Origin: Thermoplasmatota archaeon | GTDB taxonomy: Archaea; Thermoplasmatota; E2; DHVEG-1 | Reading direction: 5' to 3' | Assembly: GCA_016927555.1 (NCBI GenBank) | Contig: JAFGML010000031.1 | Location: 10,971-74,970 of the forward strand | DNA length: 64,000 bases | Part shown: positions 8,943 to 18,472 of the stretch, in pieces | Layout of the letters: every line of letters begins with the position of its first letter | Numbering within the stretch: the first letter of the stretch is position 1 | Program-made: the position numbers and the translations under genes | The notes under the pieces: generated by a model | What the model saw: only the letters and a program-made list of their open reading frames with translations | Told to the model about the DNA's origin: nothing | The model's database searches: none

Positions 8943-9950
8943 ATGAGAAAAAATTTGGTTATAATTGTAGGAATACTGCTGGTTCTTAGCTCAGTCAGTC
9001 TTGTAGCAGCACGTCCAGTACATAGAAAGGACTCTCAGGGAAAGGAACCAACCTTGACACCATTGTATGAGGATGTGGTTGATCAGAATCAATCTGTACA
9101 GGTAGAAAATATATCAATGCCTTTGGGGCAACTGCGGGTTCTTGAAGCGACCTTGTACATTCAAGTCGCGCAATCCTTCATTCCAGCTAAAGACATCCTC
9201 ACACGCGTCGAACTTCTTGTGGGGAAAAACACGACGACAACCTATCCGTTTATGGTGGGGGTACGTGATAATTTAACCCATGAGAATCTCGTGGAGACAA
9301 GCCTGCCAGCATCTGCGATTCCCACCACGATCTTTGACTGGGTGGGATTTGATTTTGATGATCTTGCGGTTACGCCAGGGGAGACGTACTATATTGTGAC
9401 CTATACAATGAATGCCACAGATAATTGGTATGCCTGGGCTGCCAATAATCAGTCTGAGTCGTACCCCTATGGGTGCGCATGGGCCTCCCTTGATAATGGA
9501 ACGACGTGGAACCAGTCTGCTGCTCATGGGACTCAGGAACAACAGCACACCTCTCAGCAGGGTGCGACTCCCGCTCCTCGGGGCCAGGAGGATGAGACCG
9601 GTGATATGTGTTTCCGGACCTATGGCATCGCAGGGACCATCCTTGAAATCCTCCCGGGTGGGAATTTCATTTCACCAAGTTTCATCATCAAGAACGTTGG
9701 CAATGAGACCGCCTGGGATGTTGAATGGGAAATCTCTGTGACTGGTGGGATCCTTGGGGGAATCAACTACACCACCAGTGGTAGTGCCTCTGAGCTGCTT
9801 GTAGGTGATGAACTAGCGATAAAACTAGGGATGCTCCTCCTTGGGTTTGGGCGCATCACCCTTACCATGAGCGCACGAGCACTCAATGCCCCAGAAGTGA
9901 CCTTCTCAAGAGAGGGGATCTTACTGCTCTTCTTTGTCATCTGGAGGTAA
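8943..9950 (+). CDS. Secreted or surface hypothetical protein with a C-terminal hydrophobic anchor
   Basis: 335 aa. GGAGG precedes the ATG. It has the signal peptide MRKNLVIIVGILLVLSSVSLVAA and a C-terminal GILLLFFVIWR segment. I recognise no family. Confidence 0.5.
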   Translation: MRKNLVIIVGILLVLSSVSLVAARPVHRKDSQGKEPTLTPLYEDVVDQNQSVQVENISMPLGQLRVLEATLYIQVAQSFIPAKDILTRVELLVGKNTTTTYPFMVGVRDNLTHENLVETSLPASAIPTTIFDWVGFDFDDLAVTPGETYYIVTYTMNATDNWYAWAANNQSESYPYGCAWASLDNGTTWNQSAAHGTQEQQHTSQQGATPAPRGQEDETGDMCFRTYGIAGTILEILPGGNFISPSFIIKNVGNETAWDVEWEISVTGGILGGINYTTSGSASELLVGDELAIKLGMLLLGFGRITLTMSARALNAPEVTFSREGILLLFFVIWR

Positions 9951-9966
9951 CCCTCCCGTTTCTCTC

Positions 9967-9979
9967 TTTTTTTTATTTT
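9967..9979 (+). terminator. Oligo-T terminator candidate
   Basis: TTTTTTTTATTTT lies 17 nt after the stop of the 8943..9950 gene. Confidence 0.35.
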
Positions 9980-10048
9980 ACAGGGAACTAGTACCATTTT
10001 TTAAAAGAAAAAAGATAAGCATGAACTATGCTTCCTTCGTAGAACTCT

Positions 10049-10273
10049 TTAGATTTTTCTGTATAAGTTCTCAAGATTCAGTTTAAACATCACGCGTTCG
10101 AGATCCTGCGTACTGAAGTGGTAGCCGAGTTCGCCAAGCAGCTCATGGGTCCTGCAAAAAATCATGAATTCCTCCGGGACACCATTGAGTGTTTTATGAA
10201 TCGCACATTGGTACAGATGTTTACAAAAAACAACTCCATCCTCGAAGGTCAGATGATTCTCATCGCTACTCAT
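10049..10273 (-). CDS. Hypothetical small protein
   Basis: A 74-aa ORF alone in an otherwise empty interval. No motif recognised. Confidence 0.3.
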   Translation of the reverse strand: MSSDENHLTFEDGVVFCKHLYQCAIHKTLNGVPEEFMIFCRTHELLGELGYHFSTQDLERVMFKLNLENLYRKI

Positions 10274-10460
10274 ACGCCCCCACCATAAAGAATCCCATGA
10301 GAAAGAATCGTGTATTAATTTAAAAATCTTTTTATATTTTTCATACTTTTTTTATAGGAGCACTGAAATGGACAATCCTTTACTAAACGTATGGTGAACC
10401 GTTTTCCTTTTTATAGAGAGAGGCGATATCAGTCGAAAGGTTACACAAGAGGAGACCGTC

Positions 10461-11060
10461 GTGGACACCACAGGGGCCATAGGATTGTCGTCTTCCAAGT
10501 ACTGGAGTCGGGTGCTCTCGTGTTATGTCTTTACCCTCCTTGAGATCCTCGCAGTGTACTTTTCCCTGTTTGATTCTCTGTTAACTAGGTGGAGGACGCC
10601 GGTGTTTTCTGAAGAAGTCAACCTGTTGAACATCTCTGAGGGAGAACAGGTACTGCATGTAGGGTGTGGTGCGTTTCCCTCAGCATCCATTATGATTGCG
10701 CAACTTCATCAAGCAAAGGTGGTTGGCATCGATAACAACCCTATTGCTGTGAAACTCGCCCAGATATGTATTAACAGAAAACAGTTATCTCACCTCATCA
10801 CTATCATCTTAGGGGATGGGGTGGAGTACCCTGTTGATTCCTTTGATGTGATTTTCATCGCGATTAATGTCTGGCCTATTGAAAAGGTGCTGTCTCATCT
10901 TGTCCAGAGCATGAAGCCAACGGCTCGCATTCTGTGCAAAGCATCACAGCACGACATTGCACAAGTGTTACAAAAAGAGGAGATAGCATTATTGTTTACT
11001 GTTGAATCACAGCTTGAGCATCCGAATTCACAGTCGTTTGTACTTCGCAAGAAAACGTGA
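10461..11060 (+). CDS. Class I SAM-dependent methyltransferase-like protein
   Basis: 199 aa with a GTG start. Motif I-like VLHVGCGAFP is followed by VVGIDNNPIAVKLA. Its stop overlaps the GTG of the next ORF. Confidence 0.45.
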   Translation: MDTTGAIGLSSSKYWSRVLSCYVFTLLEILAVYFSLFDSLLTRWRTPVFSEEVNLLNISEGEQVLHVGCGAFPSASIMIAQLHQAKVVGIDNNPIAVKLAQICINRKQLSHLITIILGDGVEYPVDSFDVIFIAINVWPIEKVLSHLVQSMKPTARILCKASQHDIAQVLQKEEIALLFTVESQLEHPNSQSFVLRKKT

Positions 11061-11092
11061 ATATAAATAATTGGGAGGGATACTACTCGTCA

Positions 11093-11665
11093 ATGAAAGA
11101 TGAGATTCGTGAGACGATACAACAAAAACGATCAAGGATGTCTGCGACGGAAGTCCTTGAGAAAAGTCAACGAATCAAAGACCGCTTCTTTCGTTTAGAT
11201 GAATTCAGAGATGCACAGACGATGTTGTGGTATGTTTCTTACAATAATGAAGTGACGACGCATGAGATGATCAAAGACTGTATGTCGATGGGAAAACACG
11301 TTCTCGTGCCGAAGACAGACGTGGAAAATCGTACCTTGAGGTTATGCGTGCTCAGCCAGTGGGAGGACCTCGTACCTGGTGCCTATGGCATCCTGGAACC
11401 ATGGCTCGAGTGTGTCCGGGAAGAGCCTGTTGATTCTATTGACGTGATGATTGTTCCCGGTGTGGTATTTGATGAGCAGGGGAACCGTCTTGGCCATGGC
11501 TTTGGATACTACGACAGGTTACTCACAACAAAGGGTTCTCGCACGGTTGTAGTTGGCCTTGCGTTTGAGCTGCAACTTGTCCATCGAATACCTTTCGAGG
11601 ATCATGATGTGAAAGTGGATCAAATAGTAACAGAAGATCGTATTATTACCTGTTCGGATATCTAA
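11093..11665 (+). CDS. 5-formyltetrahydrofolate cyclo-ligase
   Basis: It carries the signature VPGVVFDEQGNRLGHGFGYYDRLL. The start is set at ATG 11093 (MKDEIRETIQQKR, a typical family N-terminus); the track ORF begins at GTG 11057. Confidence 0.8.
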   Translation: MKDEIRETIQQKRSRMSATEVLEKSQRIKDRFFRLDEFRDAQTMLWYVSYNNEVTTHEMIKDCMSMGKHVLVPKTDVENRTLRLCVLSQWEDLVPGAYGILEPWLECVREEPVDSIDVMIVPGVVFDEQGNRLGHGFGYYDRLLTTKGSRTVVVGLAFELQLVHRIPFEDHDVKVDQIVTEDRIITCSDI

Positions 11666-11910
11666 CAATGATTGTATGAGACCAGGTGACATTCTTTTTT
11701 TGTCTGTGTCGTAGTTTGTCAGGGGTTGAAGAAAACTTACTCTTTCGTTGGAATGCAGAGTCTATGGATAATATTGTCTGCTTTTAGCAGATCTTCTTCT
11801 TTGACAAACCAGAGCATTTCTAGTGGACAGCTAATAAAATAGAAAAATATATAAATAAGCGAACATATATGTTTCATGTTAACCATAGACATGAATAAGG
11901 GGGATTAAAC

Positions 11911-12762
11911 ATGAAGACAAAACTATACAAAAAGAGTCTCACGATAAGCCTTGTACTCATGCTTGTCGTCAGTATGCTAGTATCAGCTGGTGCCACAAGA
12001 GACATTACCGGAACACTACAGGACGAAGAAGAAACAGAGATACAAATCAACGTCTGCTTCGGCAGTCAGGTGAAATCACACGCAGTGACACTCTCTCGTA
12101 CGCAGGCAGACGTCGTCAACGACATAGCGGACCGCATGGAACAGCGACTGCAGAGTGCAACGACACGAGAAGAGACACTCGCCATCTTCGATGAAACACT
12201 CAATGAATTGTACACCCATCATATCCTCTCAAAAACGACTGTCGATGAAGCACAAAAGATACTTCAGGCACCCTACCAAAAAAATCGGAACGGTAATCTT
12301 CTACAAAAGTCCACTATGAATACTAAAGGAGAAACAGGAGATTTAGTATTCTTTTGTCTGGTGGCAGGAAAAACAACTAGAACAACGACGTTGATTTTAC
12401 CTCTATTCCTCTCTTTAGTAATGAGTCGTACGAGTAGTAGATTTGGGGTATTATTTCATATTGTAAGGGAATGTGAACATTTAATGCAATTGCAATCGTT
12501 AAAACCATTTTGTCTTGGAACGTATTTGGAAGTAGGTAGATTTGATATCTGGCCAAACTGGTATCCAGCGAGTGGTTGGATATTCGCATTAAATCCATTG
12601 AAATTTGATGGTCAATGGGACACAGTCCAATCCAAAGTAGTAGGATTTACCGGTATCCAAATCATTATCCCAGAGCTTAATAACGACAATCCTCTTCTGG
12701 GTAGCAGCAAGCATTTCTATCTTGGATTCGCACTCGCAGTATCGTTTTACGATATTTGGTAG
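11911..12762 (+). CDS. Secreted hypothetical protein
   Basis: 283 aa with the signal peptide MKTKLYKKSLTISLVLMLVVSMLVSAGA. The 3' half is visibly AT-rich. Confidence 0.45.
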   Translation: MKTKLYKKSLTISLVLMLVVSMLVSAGATRDITGTLQDEEETEIQINVCFGSQVKSHAVTLSRTQADVVNDIADRMEQRLQSATTREETLAIFDETLNELYTHHILSKTTVDEAQKILQAPYQKNRNGNLLQKSTMNTKGETGDLVFFCLVAGKTTRTTTLILPLFLSLVMSRTSSRFGVLFHIVRECEHLMQLQSLKPFCLGTYLEVGRFDIWPNWYPASGWIFALNPLKFDGQWDTVQSKVVGFTGIQIIIPELNNDNPLLGSSKHFYLGFALAVSFYDIW

Positions 12763-12804
12763 AAAGAATGCTATCAGAAGGTTAAGATAATACCCTTTCA
12801 ATCC

Positions 12805-12821
12805 TTCTTTTTTCTTTTTTT
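12805..12821 (+). terminator. Oligo-T terminator candidate
   Basis: CTTCTTTTTTCTTTTTTT lies after the stop of 11911..12762, in the gap between convergent genes. Confidence 0.35.
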
Positions 12822-12831
12822 AGGAAAAACA

Positions 12832-13962
12832 TCATGTCACCAATGTATCTAGTTGGTGACGTTGAACCGCCTTTTTCACTTCCATAGCGATGCGTTCACC
12901 ATAGCTTATCGACTCACCATACAAATACCCAGAATGTGGCGTGAACTGCGTCAAGGGGCTGCCTGGTATTCTCAGTGAAACGTCGAAGACGACCATCTCT
13001 TCTCTTCCTTTGTCAGCAACAATCGCGCCTTGCAGGGCGAATGGACCTATGATGCCAGGGGGGTATTCTTTTTTTGTGGTCGCGACGAATTTCTCGCCGA
13101 GATCAAAGATCGATTCGATAATAGATTCCTTCGTTGTTGCCGCGATATGTCCTGTCTCGATGATCTTTGGTTTGAGATATTTGAGGACAGCGAGTTGCTC
13201 ATCAGCAGGGAGACGCAGGAGCCCATCGAGGTTGGTTTGCCTGCGGGTGTCCGTCCCCATGATCTCGAGTTCATCATCGAGTAGTGAATAGAAGTAGTTG
13301 AAGTTGATTTGTGTACCAATCACGTACTCCTCGATGACCGCTTTGTCTAATGCCTCAGGAGTAATCATCTTTTTCTTCAACAGAGAATCTGATTTCATCT
13401 TGAAGTCCTTGTAGCTAGAAGCAAAAAAGAAAGCACGTTCATATCCGCGGATTGCTTCATTGACTTTTACAATAGCGAGCCGGTCGATATCTTGTGGTGA
13501 TTCAAAGATCTGTGGGTAACGTATCCCTGCTTTCTTCAGCAAGTAATATTGATTTTTTGGGACGTTTCGTTCCTCCAATTTCAGCATCGACCGTGTCCCG
13601 AAGATGGGTATTTCAAAATAGTCTTCGATGTCTGTGAAATCAAAGTACACCCAGAAGTAGCGGTTGTGGATGAAGATCGTATTGTGCTCTTGAAGCTGTT
13701 GCTGCACGCTGGGTTGGGTGATCTGAGCAAATTTATCAAGGACAATTGTAGTATCGATGCATCCTCGTCCATCAGCCCGGGTTTTGTAGTATTTGGTGTA
13801 GGTCTTGTCTCGTCCTTTTTGACAGACTGCTAGTGTGTGAAACCCGTGTTTCTTCGCACCACGGCAGACATCAAGAGCGGAATGACCACCGAGCACCCCA
13901 ATAGTGATGTTCTGGTGATCGTAGGAATTCACGAGTTTTTGAATCTGTGCTCTTGTTATCAT
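12832..13962 (-). CDS. purP: 5-formaminoimidazole-4-carboxamide ribonucleotide (FAICAR) synthetase PurP
   Basis: 376 aa. The N-terminal ITIGVLGGHSALDVCRGAKKHGF and an ATP-grasp-like body are characteristic of archaeal PurP. Confidence 0.85.
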   Translation of the reverse strand: MITRAQIQKLVNSYDHQNITIGVLGGHSALDVCRGAKKHGFHTLAVCQKGRDKTYTKYYKTRADGRGCIDTTIVLDKFAQITQPSVQQQLQEHNTIFIHNRYFWVYFDFTDIEDYFEIPIFGTRSMLKLEERNVPKNQYYLLKKAGIRYPQIFESPQDIDRLAIVKVNEAIRGYERAFFFASSYKDFKMKSDSLLKKKMITPEALDKAVIEEYVIGTQINFNYFYSLLDDELEIMGTDTRRQTNLDGLLRLPADEQLAVLKYLKPKIIETGHIAATTKESIIESIFDLGEKFVATTKKEYPPGIIGPFALQGAIVADKGREEMVVFDVSLRIPGSPLTQFTPHSGYLYGESISYGERIAMEVKKAVQRHQLDTLVT

Positions 13963-14027
13963 AACCCTACCCCTAAGTCCTTAGACGTGGTAACAGGTGT
14001 GTTGTTTTTGTAGTTTACCCTGTCTTG

Positions 14028-15902
14028 CTAGCCGGTGAACCGTGGTCGCTGTGAGAGATGCAAAGCGAGCGGGAGCTTGTGTTGAGGATACTCTTTGATG
14101 CGGGTGAAGACAAGGGTATGGAAGTCTGCAAGTGAATATGCTTTCATCTCCCCAAGCGTTGGGTGTCTGACCCGTGGCGTGAGCTGTTGTTCAGCGCGTT
14201 CTTTTTCCCCAAAAACAACGATATAGGGTATCCATTCTTTTTCTGCATCACGTATCTTCTTACTGACGCTTTCCTCTCGGTCATCGATGTCAGTTCTGAT
14301 CGTATGGTACGGCGAGAGCTCATGGAGGTGGCTTACGACGTGCTCACAATCCTTCAGAAATTCATCATTCACTGGGATGAACCGTATCTGCGTCGGTGAC
14401 AACCACAATGGCAAGACTGGTTTTATCCCCTTTGCCATCTGAAGTGCTTGTTGTTCCAGCAGCGCATAGATGACTCGCTCAATGGCTCCTGAGGGACTGC
14501 AGTGCAGGATGTACGGGTGTTTCTGTGTGCCATCCTTGTCCGTGAACGTGATGTTGTATCGCTCGCCGTTCTCAATGTCGATTTGATCGGTGCTTAAGGC
14601 TGATGCTTTCTCTGACTGGTCCACGAAGTTGAACTCGTATTTCAAGATGAAGTAGAAGATGCGCTCGTCCCACATCTCCAGGAGCACTGGTTTTCCAAAC
14701 TTCTTGACCATGTCTCTGAGAAACTGCTTGTTCTCCTCGTAGAAGTCCTTGGTGGTCCGCAGCGCCATTTCAATGTCCGTGGTCTGTATACCTATGTGTT
14801 TCAAGACATCTAAACTGAGGTCGTAGCGGATAGTGAACTCCTGCAGCGCCATCTGTAGGTCTGAGACTAACGCGTGGACATCAGGCATGGTGAACGCCCG
14901 CAGCCGTCGTAGACCGGTGAGCTCACCTGACTGTTCGCGTCTGAAGGAGTACCTGGTCAGCTCATAGATCTTCAAGGGGAGGTTCTTGTAGCTGATAGTG
15001 GCGTCATGAGCCATGAGGAATTGGCCGAAGCAGGCGGCGAACCGCAGGAAGAACTTCCGTTTATCACTCTCAATTTGGTACTGTCGCGCGGGGAACCGCT
15101 GTAAGTATTTCGACAACGTCGGATGATCCATGTCGTACATAATCGGTGTTTCGACCTCAAGGCCGCCGTAGTCAATGACACGGTTCGTGACATAGTCCTC
15201 CAGAAGCTTCTTGATGAGTCTGCCTTTTGGGTAGAACCTCATGTTGCCTGCGTCTGATGCTGGTTCGTAATCAGCAAGCTCTAGGCTCTGCATGAGTTTG
15301 ACGTGAGGTGGCTCTTGCTTCACGGCACGTGATTTTTCTTTTTCATAGAACGCGAACTTCTTGAGGTTCTCATGGCCTTTGAAATCAAAGGCATCAACCT
15401 CATGCAGCGTCCCATCCATGGATAAAATGTACCACGCGGAGCTGAGTTTTCTCTCCTGCTTCAATGACTCTGTCTCCTCACCCGCAGGGATGATCTCCCG
15501 CGAAAGTTCAGAAAGAGGATGACCTTTACAGGAAAGAGTGAATGCCTTATACCAGCCAAACGGTGCTCTTTTTACTGTCAAGTTAGTTGTGTGTAATTCC
15601 TTCTCTATAGCTTGGAGGATCTCCTGTGCTTTTTTGGGGCCGGCGAGGGTTGAGGACAGGTGTGCATAGGGGTACAGCATGATACGAGAAACTTTGAGTT
15701 GTGTTGCTGTTTTTTGTATCTCAGCAGCAGCCTCTGCGCTTGCTTTGACTGGTGCTTTCTCATCGACTTTTTCTACGGCGATAAACACCGTGAGTGCTTC
15801 TTCGAGTTTATCATCCTTACTTGTGATTTCTTCTGGCTGAGCAATGGCTTTGTCTTTGACGTGGTATTCGATGAAATCGCTGTGAATCAGTAAGAGCTTC
15901 AT
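14028..15902 (-). CDS. thrS: Threonyl-tRNA synthetase, archaeal type with N-terminal editing domain
   Basis: The N-terminus is MKLLLIHSDFIEY, with class II motif 2 as FRREQSGELTGLRRLRAFTMPD. ATG 15902 is preferred over GTG 15914. Confidence 0.9.
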   Translation of the reverse strand: MKLLLIHSDFIEYHVKDKAIAQPEEITSKDDKLEEALTVFIAVEKVDEKAPVKASAEAAAEIQKTATQLKVSRIMLYPYAHLSSTLAGPKKAQEILQAIEKELHTTNLTVKRAPFGWYKAFTLSCKGHPLSELSREIIPAGEETESLKQERKLSSAWYILSMDGTLHEVDAFDFKGHENLKKFAFYEKEKSRAVKQEPPHVKLMQSLELADYEPASDAGNMRFYPKGRLIKKLLEDYVTNRVIDYGGLEVETPIMYDMDHPTLSKYLQRFPARQYQIESDKRKFFLRFAACFGQFLMAHDATISYKNLPLKIYELTRYSFRREQSGELTGLRRLRAFTMPDVHALVSDLQMALQEFTIRYDLSLDVLKHIGIQTTDIEMALRTTKDFYEENKQFLRDMVKKFGKPVLLEMWDERIFYFILKYEFNFVDQSEKASALSTDQIDIENGERYNITFTDKDGTQKHPYILHCSPSGAIERVIYALLEQQALQMAKGIKPVLPLWLSPTQIRFIPVNDEFLKDCEHVVSHLHELSPYHTIRTDIDDREESVSKKIRDAEKEWIPYIVVFGEKERAEQQLTPRVRHPTLGEMKAYSLADFHTLVFTRIKEYPQHKLPLALHLSQRPRFTG

Positions 15903-16135
15903 AGAATCGACCACTAAAACAAATCATTGTTTTTAAAGCTAGTGATGAACAAGAACATATGGGGGAGGCGGCGGAGGTGTATACTCCGAAAATAAAAAAT
16001 TTTTGTTATACTTGCAATCCCATCTCTCCGCCTAGACCATGAATATGTATTGTCCTATAAGAACATTTCGGAGGGTGTTTGTTTCCTTCTGTTAAAATCA
16101 GTTGTTTCTCCTGAAAAAAAAATGAATACGAATGG

Positions 16136-16801
16136 TTAGTCCAAGAATCCTAATGCCTCTTCGATACGACCCATTTCTATACCTGTGGTGTTGTTGCCGA
16201 TGAGTGCGCCTTTTGTGTTGGCGACCAGGCCGCTGCCGATCATGGGGAACCCGTGGTTCACCGTCCCAATCATGACCGGTACACCAAAGACGTCGGTGAG
16301 ATGCTGCTTCTCCTCTTCAGTGATTTTGGGGTGGCAGAGGCATCCTCTGTTGGTCACCACTGCAGCCATGCCTACCGTGCCAAGGGAGGCGATGGTTCCT
16401 TTGTGAACGGGGACGCCAAGAACCTCACTTATTCTCTTCACGGTCGCGTTCTTGAGGTCAGGGTGCACCAGTGCCCCGTGGTCATTGGCTAGGATGTCGT
16501 TGCCCGCGGCGTTGATCACATCTTTGATGGGGTACACCTGGAAGCCCTGTTGCTTCACGGTGTGAAAGGTGTCTTCGCTGGCGTACGCGGTGACGATGGC
16601 GCCATGGGAGTTCATCGTTAAAAGAGACCCTATGATCGTGGAGTCAGCTATAGAGAGCTCCACGGTCTTTACGCCGAGCACCTGGCCGATCAGCTGCTTC
16701 GTCTTCTTGGGGAGCTGCTGCTGCAGGAACACCACCGATTCATTGGCTCGACAGTAGATTCCAATGTTTGGGTTCTCGTTGAAATCGAGCAGCTGTAGCA
16801 T
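16136..16801 (-). CDS. eif6: Translation initiation factor 6 (aIF6)
   Basis: 221 aa with the N-terminus MLQLLDFNENPNIGIYCRANE and pentein-repeat organisation. It lies in the conserved S19e-L39e-L31e-aIF6 cluster. Confidence 0.9.
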   Translation of the reverse strand: MLQLLDFNENPNIGIYCRANESVVFLQQQLPKKTKQLIGQVLGVKTVELSIADSTIIGSLLTMNSHGAIVTAYASEDTFHTVKQQGFQVYPIKDVINAAGNDILANDHGALVHPDLKNATVKRISEVLGVPVHKGTIASLGTVGMAAVVTNRGCLCHPKITEEEKQHLTDVFGVPVMIGTVNHGFPMIGSGLVANTKGALIGNNTTGIEMGRIEEALGFLD

Positions 16802-16807
16802 CCGATG

Positions 16808-17476
16808 TCACTTTTTCTTCTCTGTTTTTTTCGAAGACGCTTTCTTTTTCCCGGCGGGTTTTTCTGTGGTGTCTTTCTTGGGTGTTTTTGGTTTCTTTGC
16901 CGGTGTCTTTGCTTTTTTCTCGACAGCAGGTTTTTCTTTCTTCTCTGCAATGTCTTTCGTTGGTGCTTTCTCTGCTTTCTTTGGTTTGGGTGTCTCTGCT
17001 TTTTCCTCTGTTTCTTTTTCCTTAGGTGCTTTCTCTTTTTTCTTCTTGATTTTGACTTCCCCTTCGCCCGTGGGTGTAATTTCGTAGCCCTCAGCACCTG
17101 GGACTGCTTCTTCGGCTTTCTCTTCTTCGCGTCTGAGGATTGGTGCTTTCTTCTCTTTTTCTTCCTTTAAGAGTTCTCGTCGTGATTTCTTCTCCCCGAG
17201 TTCAGGGAGGGTGACTTCGACGACGCCGTCTTCGAATTTCACGGCGCGTACCCGTATCTTGCTGGGCACCCAGAACTTCCCATGCTCCCAGAGCTTGTGG
17301 TTCAGTGAACTGTCGATCCAGACGTTCTTCTCCTCGACTTTCATGTGCTTCTTGAGAAACGTGCGGACGTCATCGACTGCGCGTGGTGCCGCACGGCTGG
17401 TTGGTCCGATTTTTGCTCGTCTGAGCGGGACAATGTAGATGCGTTCGAGTTCTTTGACTGCGTCTTTTTCAGCCAT
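16808..17476 (-). CDS. rpl31e: Ribosomal protein L31e with a long Lys/Glu/Pro/Ala-rich C-terminal extension
   Basis: The first ~92 aa (IYIVPLRRA...RAPRAVDDVRTFLKKHMK...IDSSLNHKLWEHG...IRVRA) form the L31e core. The remaining ~130 aa are a low-complexity K/E/P/A/T tail. Confidence 0.85.
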   Translation of the reverse strand: MAEKDAVKELERIYIVPLRRAKIGPTSRAAPRAVDDVRTFLKKHMKVEEKNVWIDSSLNHKLWEHGKFWVPSKIRVRAVKFEDGVVEVTLPELGEKKSRRELLKEEKEKKAPILRREEEKAEEAVPGAEGYEITPTGEGEVKIKKKKEKAPKEKETEEKAETPKPKKAEKAPTKDIAEKKEKPAVEKKAKTPAKKPKTPKKDTTEKPAGKKKASSKKTEKKK

Positions 17477-17482
17477 GAGCTA

Positions 17483-17641
17483 TCACCCTATTTTGAGGCT
17501 ATTGCGTCGCCAGTGCCGTGTCTTCGGATGGCGTGTGAACCGTCTGTTCGTACGAATCATGACCCATGCAGGGACCCGTCTGTTGCTTTTTGTTGCTTTG
17601 CATAACCGGAGTTTTCTTCCAAGGGGTTTTCGACTTGTCAT
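17483..17641 (-). CDS. rpl39e: Ribosomal protein L39e
   Basis: Trimmed to the internal ATG, giving [52 protein letters not shown] (52 aa), which is the canonical L39e length and sequence pattern. Confidence 0.85.
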   Translation of the reverse strand: MTSRKPLGRKLRLCKATKSNRRVPAWVMIRTNRRFTRHPKTRHWRRNSLKIG

Positions 17642-17642
17642 G

Positions 17643-17975
17643 TTAGATTCCTCTTCTGCGAATCGTGATATCACGTTTCTTCGGGAGTAGTTTTGTTAGC
17701 AGCTCCCGCAGCTGCGCATCAGTGATTTTGCTTTTGAGTCTGCCTGACTGGGCAAGCATGATGAGTTGGTTTTCGAGGTTCTCTGCAACCTCTGGGCGTG
17801 CGACTTTGATGCGACCGAGGCGCTCACGTGCTTCATCGGTGAGGATGGCACGCAGCACCATTTTCTTCTGGTCTTCGAATTCTTTCTGCTGCTCCTCTTG
17901 GAACTCTTCTTGGGCGTACGCCTGTTGTTGGAGGTTCTGCAATTTTTTCTTCCTGATAGCGTCAATATCATCCAT
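17643..17975 (-). CDS. PDCD5/TFAR19-family DNA-binding protein
   Basis: 110 aa with [19 protein letters not shown]...[13 protein letters not shown]. It sits in the conserved position between S19e and L39e. Confidence 0.8.
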   Translation of the reverse strand: MDDIDAIRKKKLQNLQQQAYAQEEFQEEQQKEFEDQKKMVLRAILTDEARERLGRIKVARPEVAENLENQLIMLAQSGRLKSKITDAQLRELLTKLLPKKRDITIRRRGI

Positions 17976-18019
17976 AGTGTGTCTAAAACCTCAAGAGGAC
18001 TCTATTGCAGGTTGCCTAT

Positions 18020-18472
18020 TTAATATTTTTTCAACGCAGGGAAGGTGTCCAGCAGGCTTTGTTTAACCTCGTAGGAGGTGTTATCCAGGACTTTGACGCC
18101 CTTGGGGGTGAGCATGCGGCCTTTGCCTTTCATTTTGGTGACGTACCCCGCGGTTTCCAGTTGTTGGAGGGCATGGCGGACGATCGCCCCGCTCCCTTGT
18201 TTTGCCTTGTTGGGTTTTGATCCTTTGTTTTTACTGCCGCCGTACTCTGCTCGTAGCCGTTCGACGCCGATGCTCTTCTGGAGGTAGAGCTTGCGGAGGA
18301 TCGATGCGCATCTGATGTGCCACCAGTCTTTGGTCTCTGGTGGGTTCTCTTTGCTGACGCCGGTTCTGACGAATTTGCTCCAGTCTGGAGGGACTATTGC
18401 GGTCTCCTCATGCAGTTTCTTTGTGAGTGCAGCGATTAAGTCTTTTGCAGGGACATCATAGGCGGTTGTCAT
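18020..18472 (-). CDS. rps19e: Ribosomal protein S19e
   Basis: 150 aa, reading MTTAYDVPAKDLIAALTKKL...WWHIRCASILRKLY...GAIVRHALQQLE. Confidence 0.9.
   Translation of the reverse strand: MTTAYDVPAKDLIAALTKKLHEETAIVPPDWSKFVRTGVSKENPPETKDWWHIRCASILRKLYLQKSIGVERLRAEYGGSKNKGSKPNKAKQGSGAIVRHALQQLETAGYVTKMKGKGRMLTPKGVKVLDNTSYEVKQSLLDTFPALKKY

Noticed and set aside
16690-17170. Three long ORFs (135 aa minus strand; 107 and 121 aa plus strand) overlapping the L31e tail, encoding poly-K/R/Q or F/L/C-rich strings
   Set aside because: They are frame and strand shadows of the purine-rich low-complexity repeat that encodes the L31e Lys-rich tail. They have no start context and an implausible composition.
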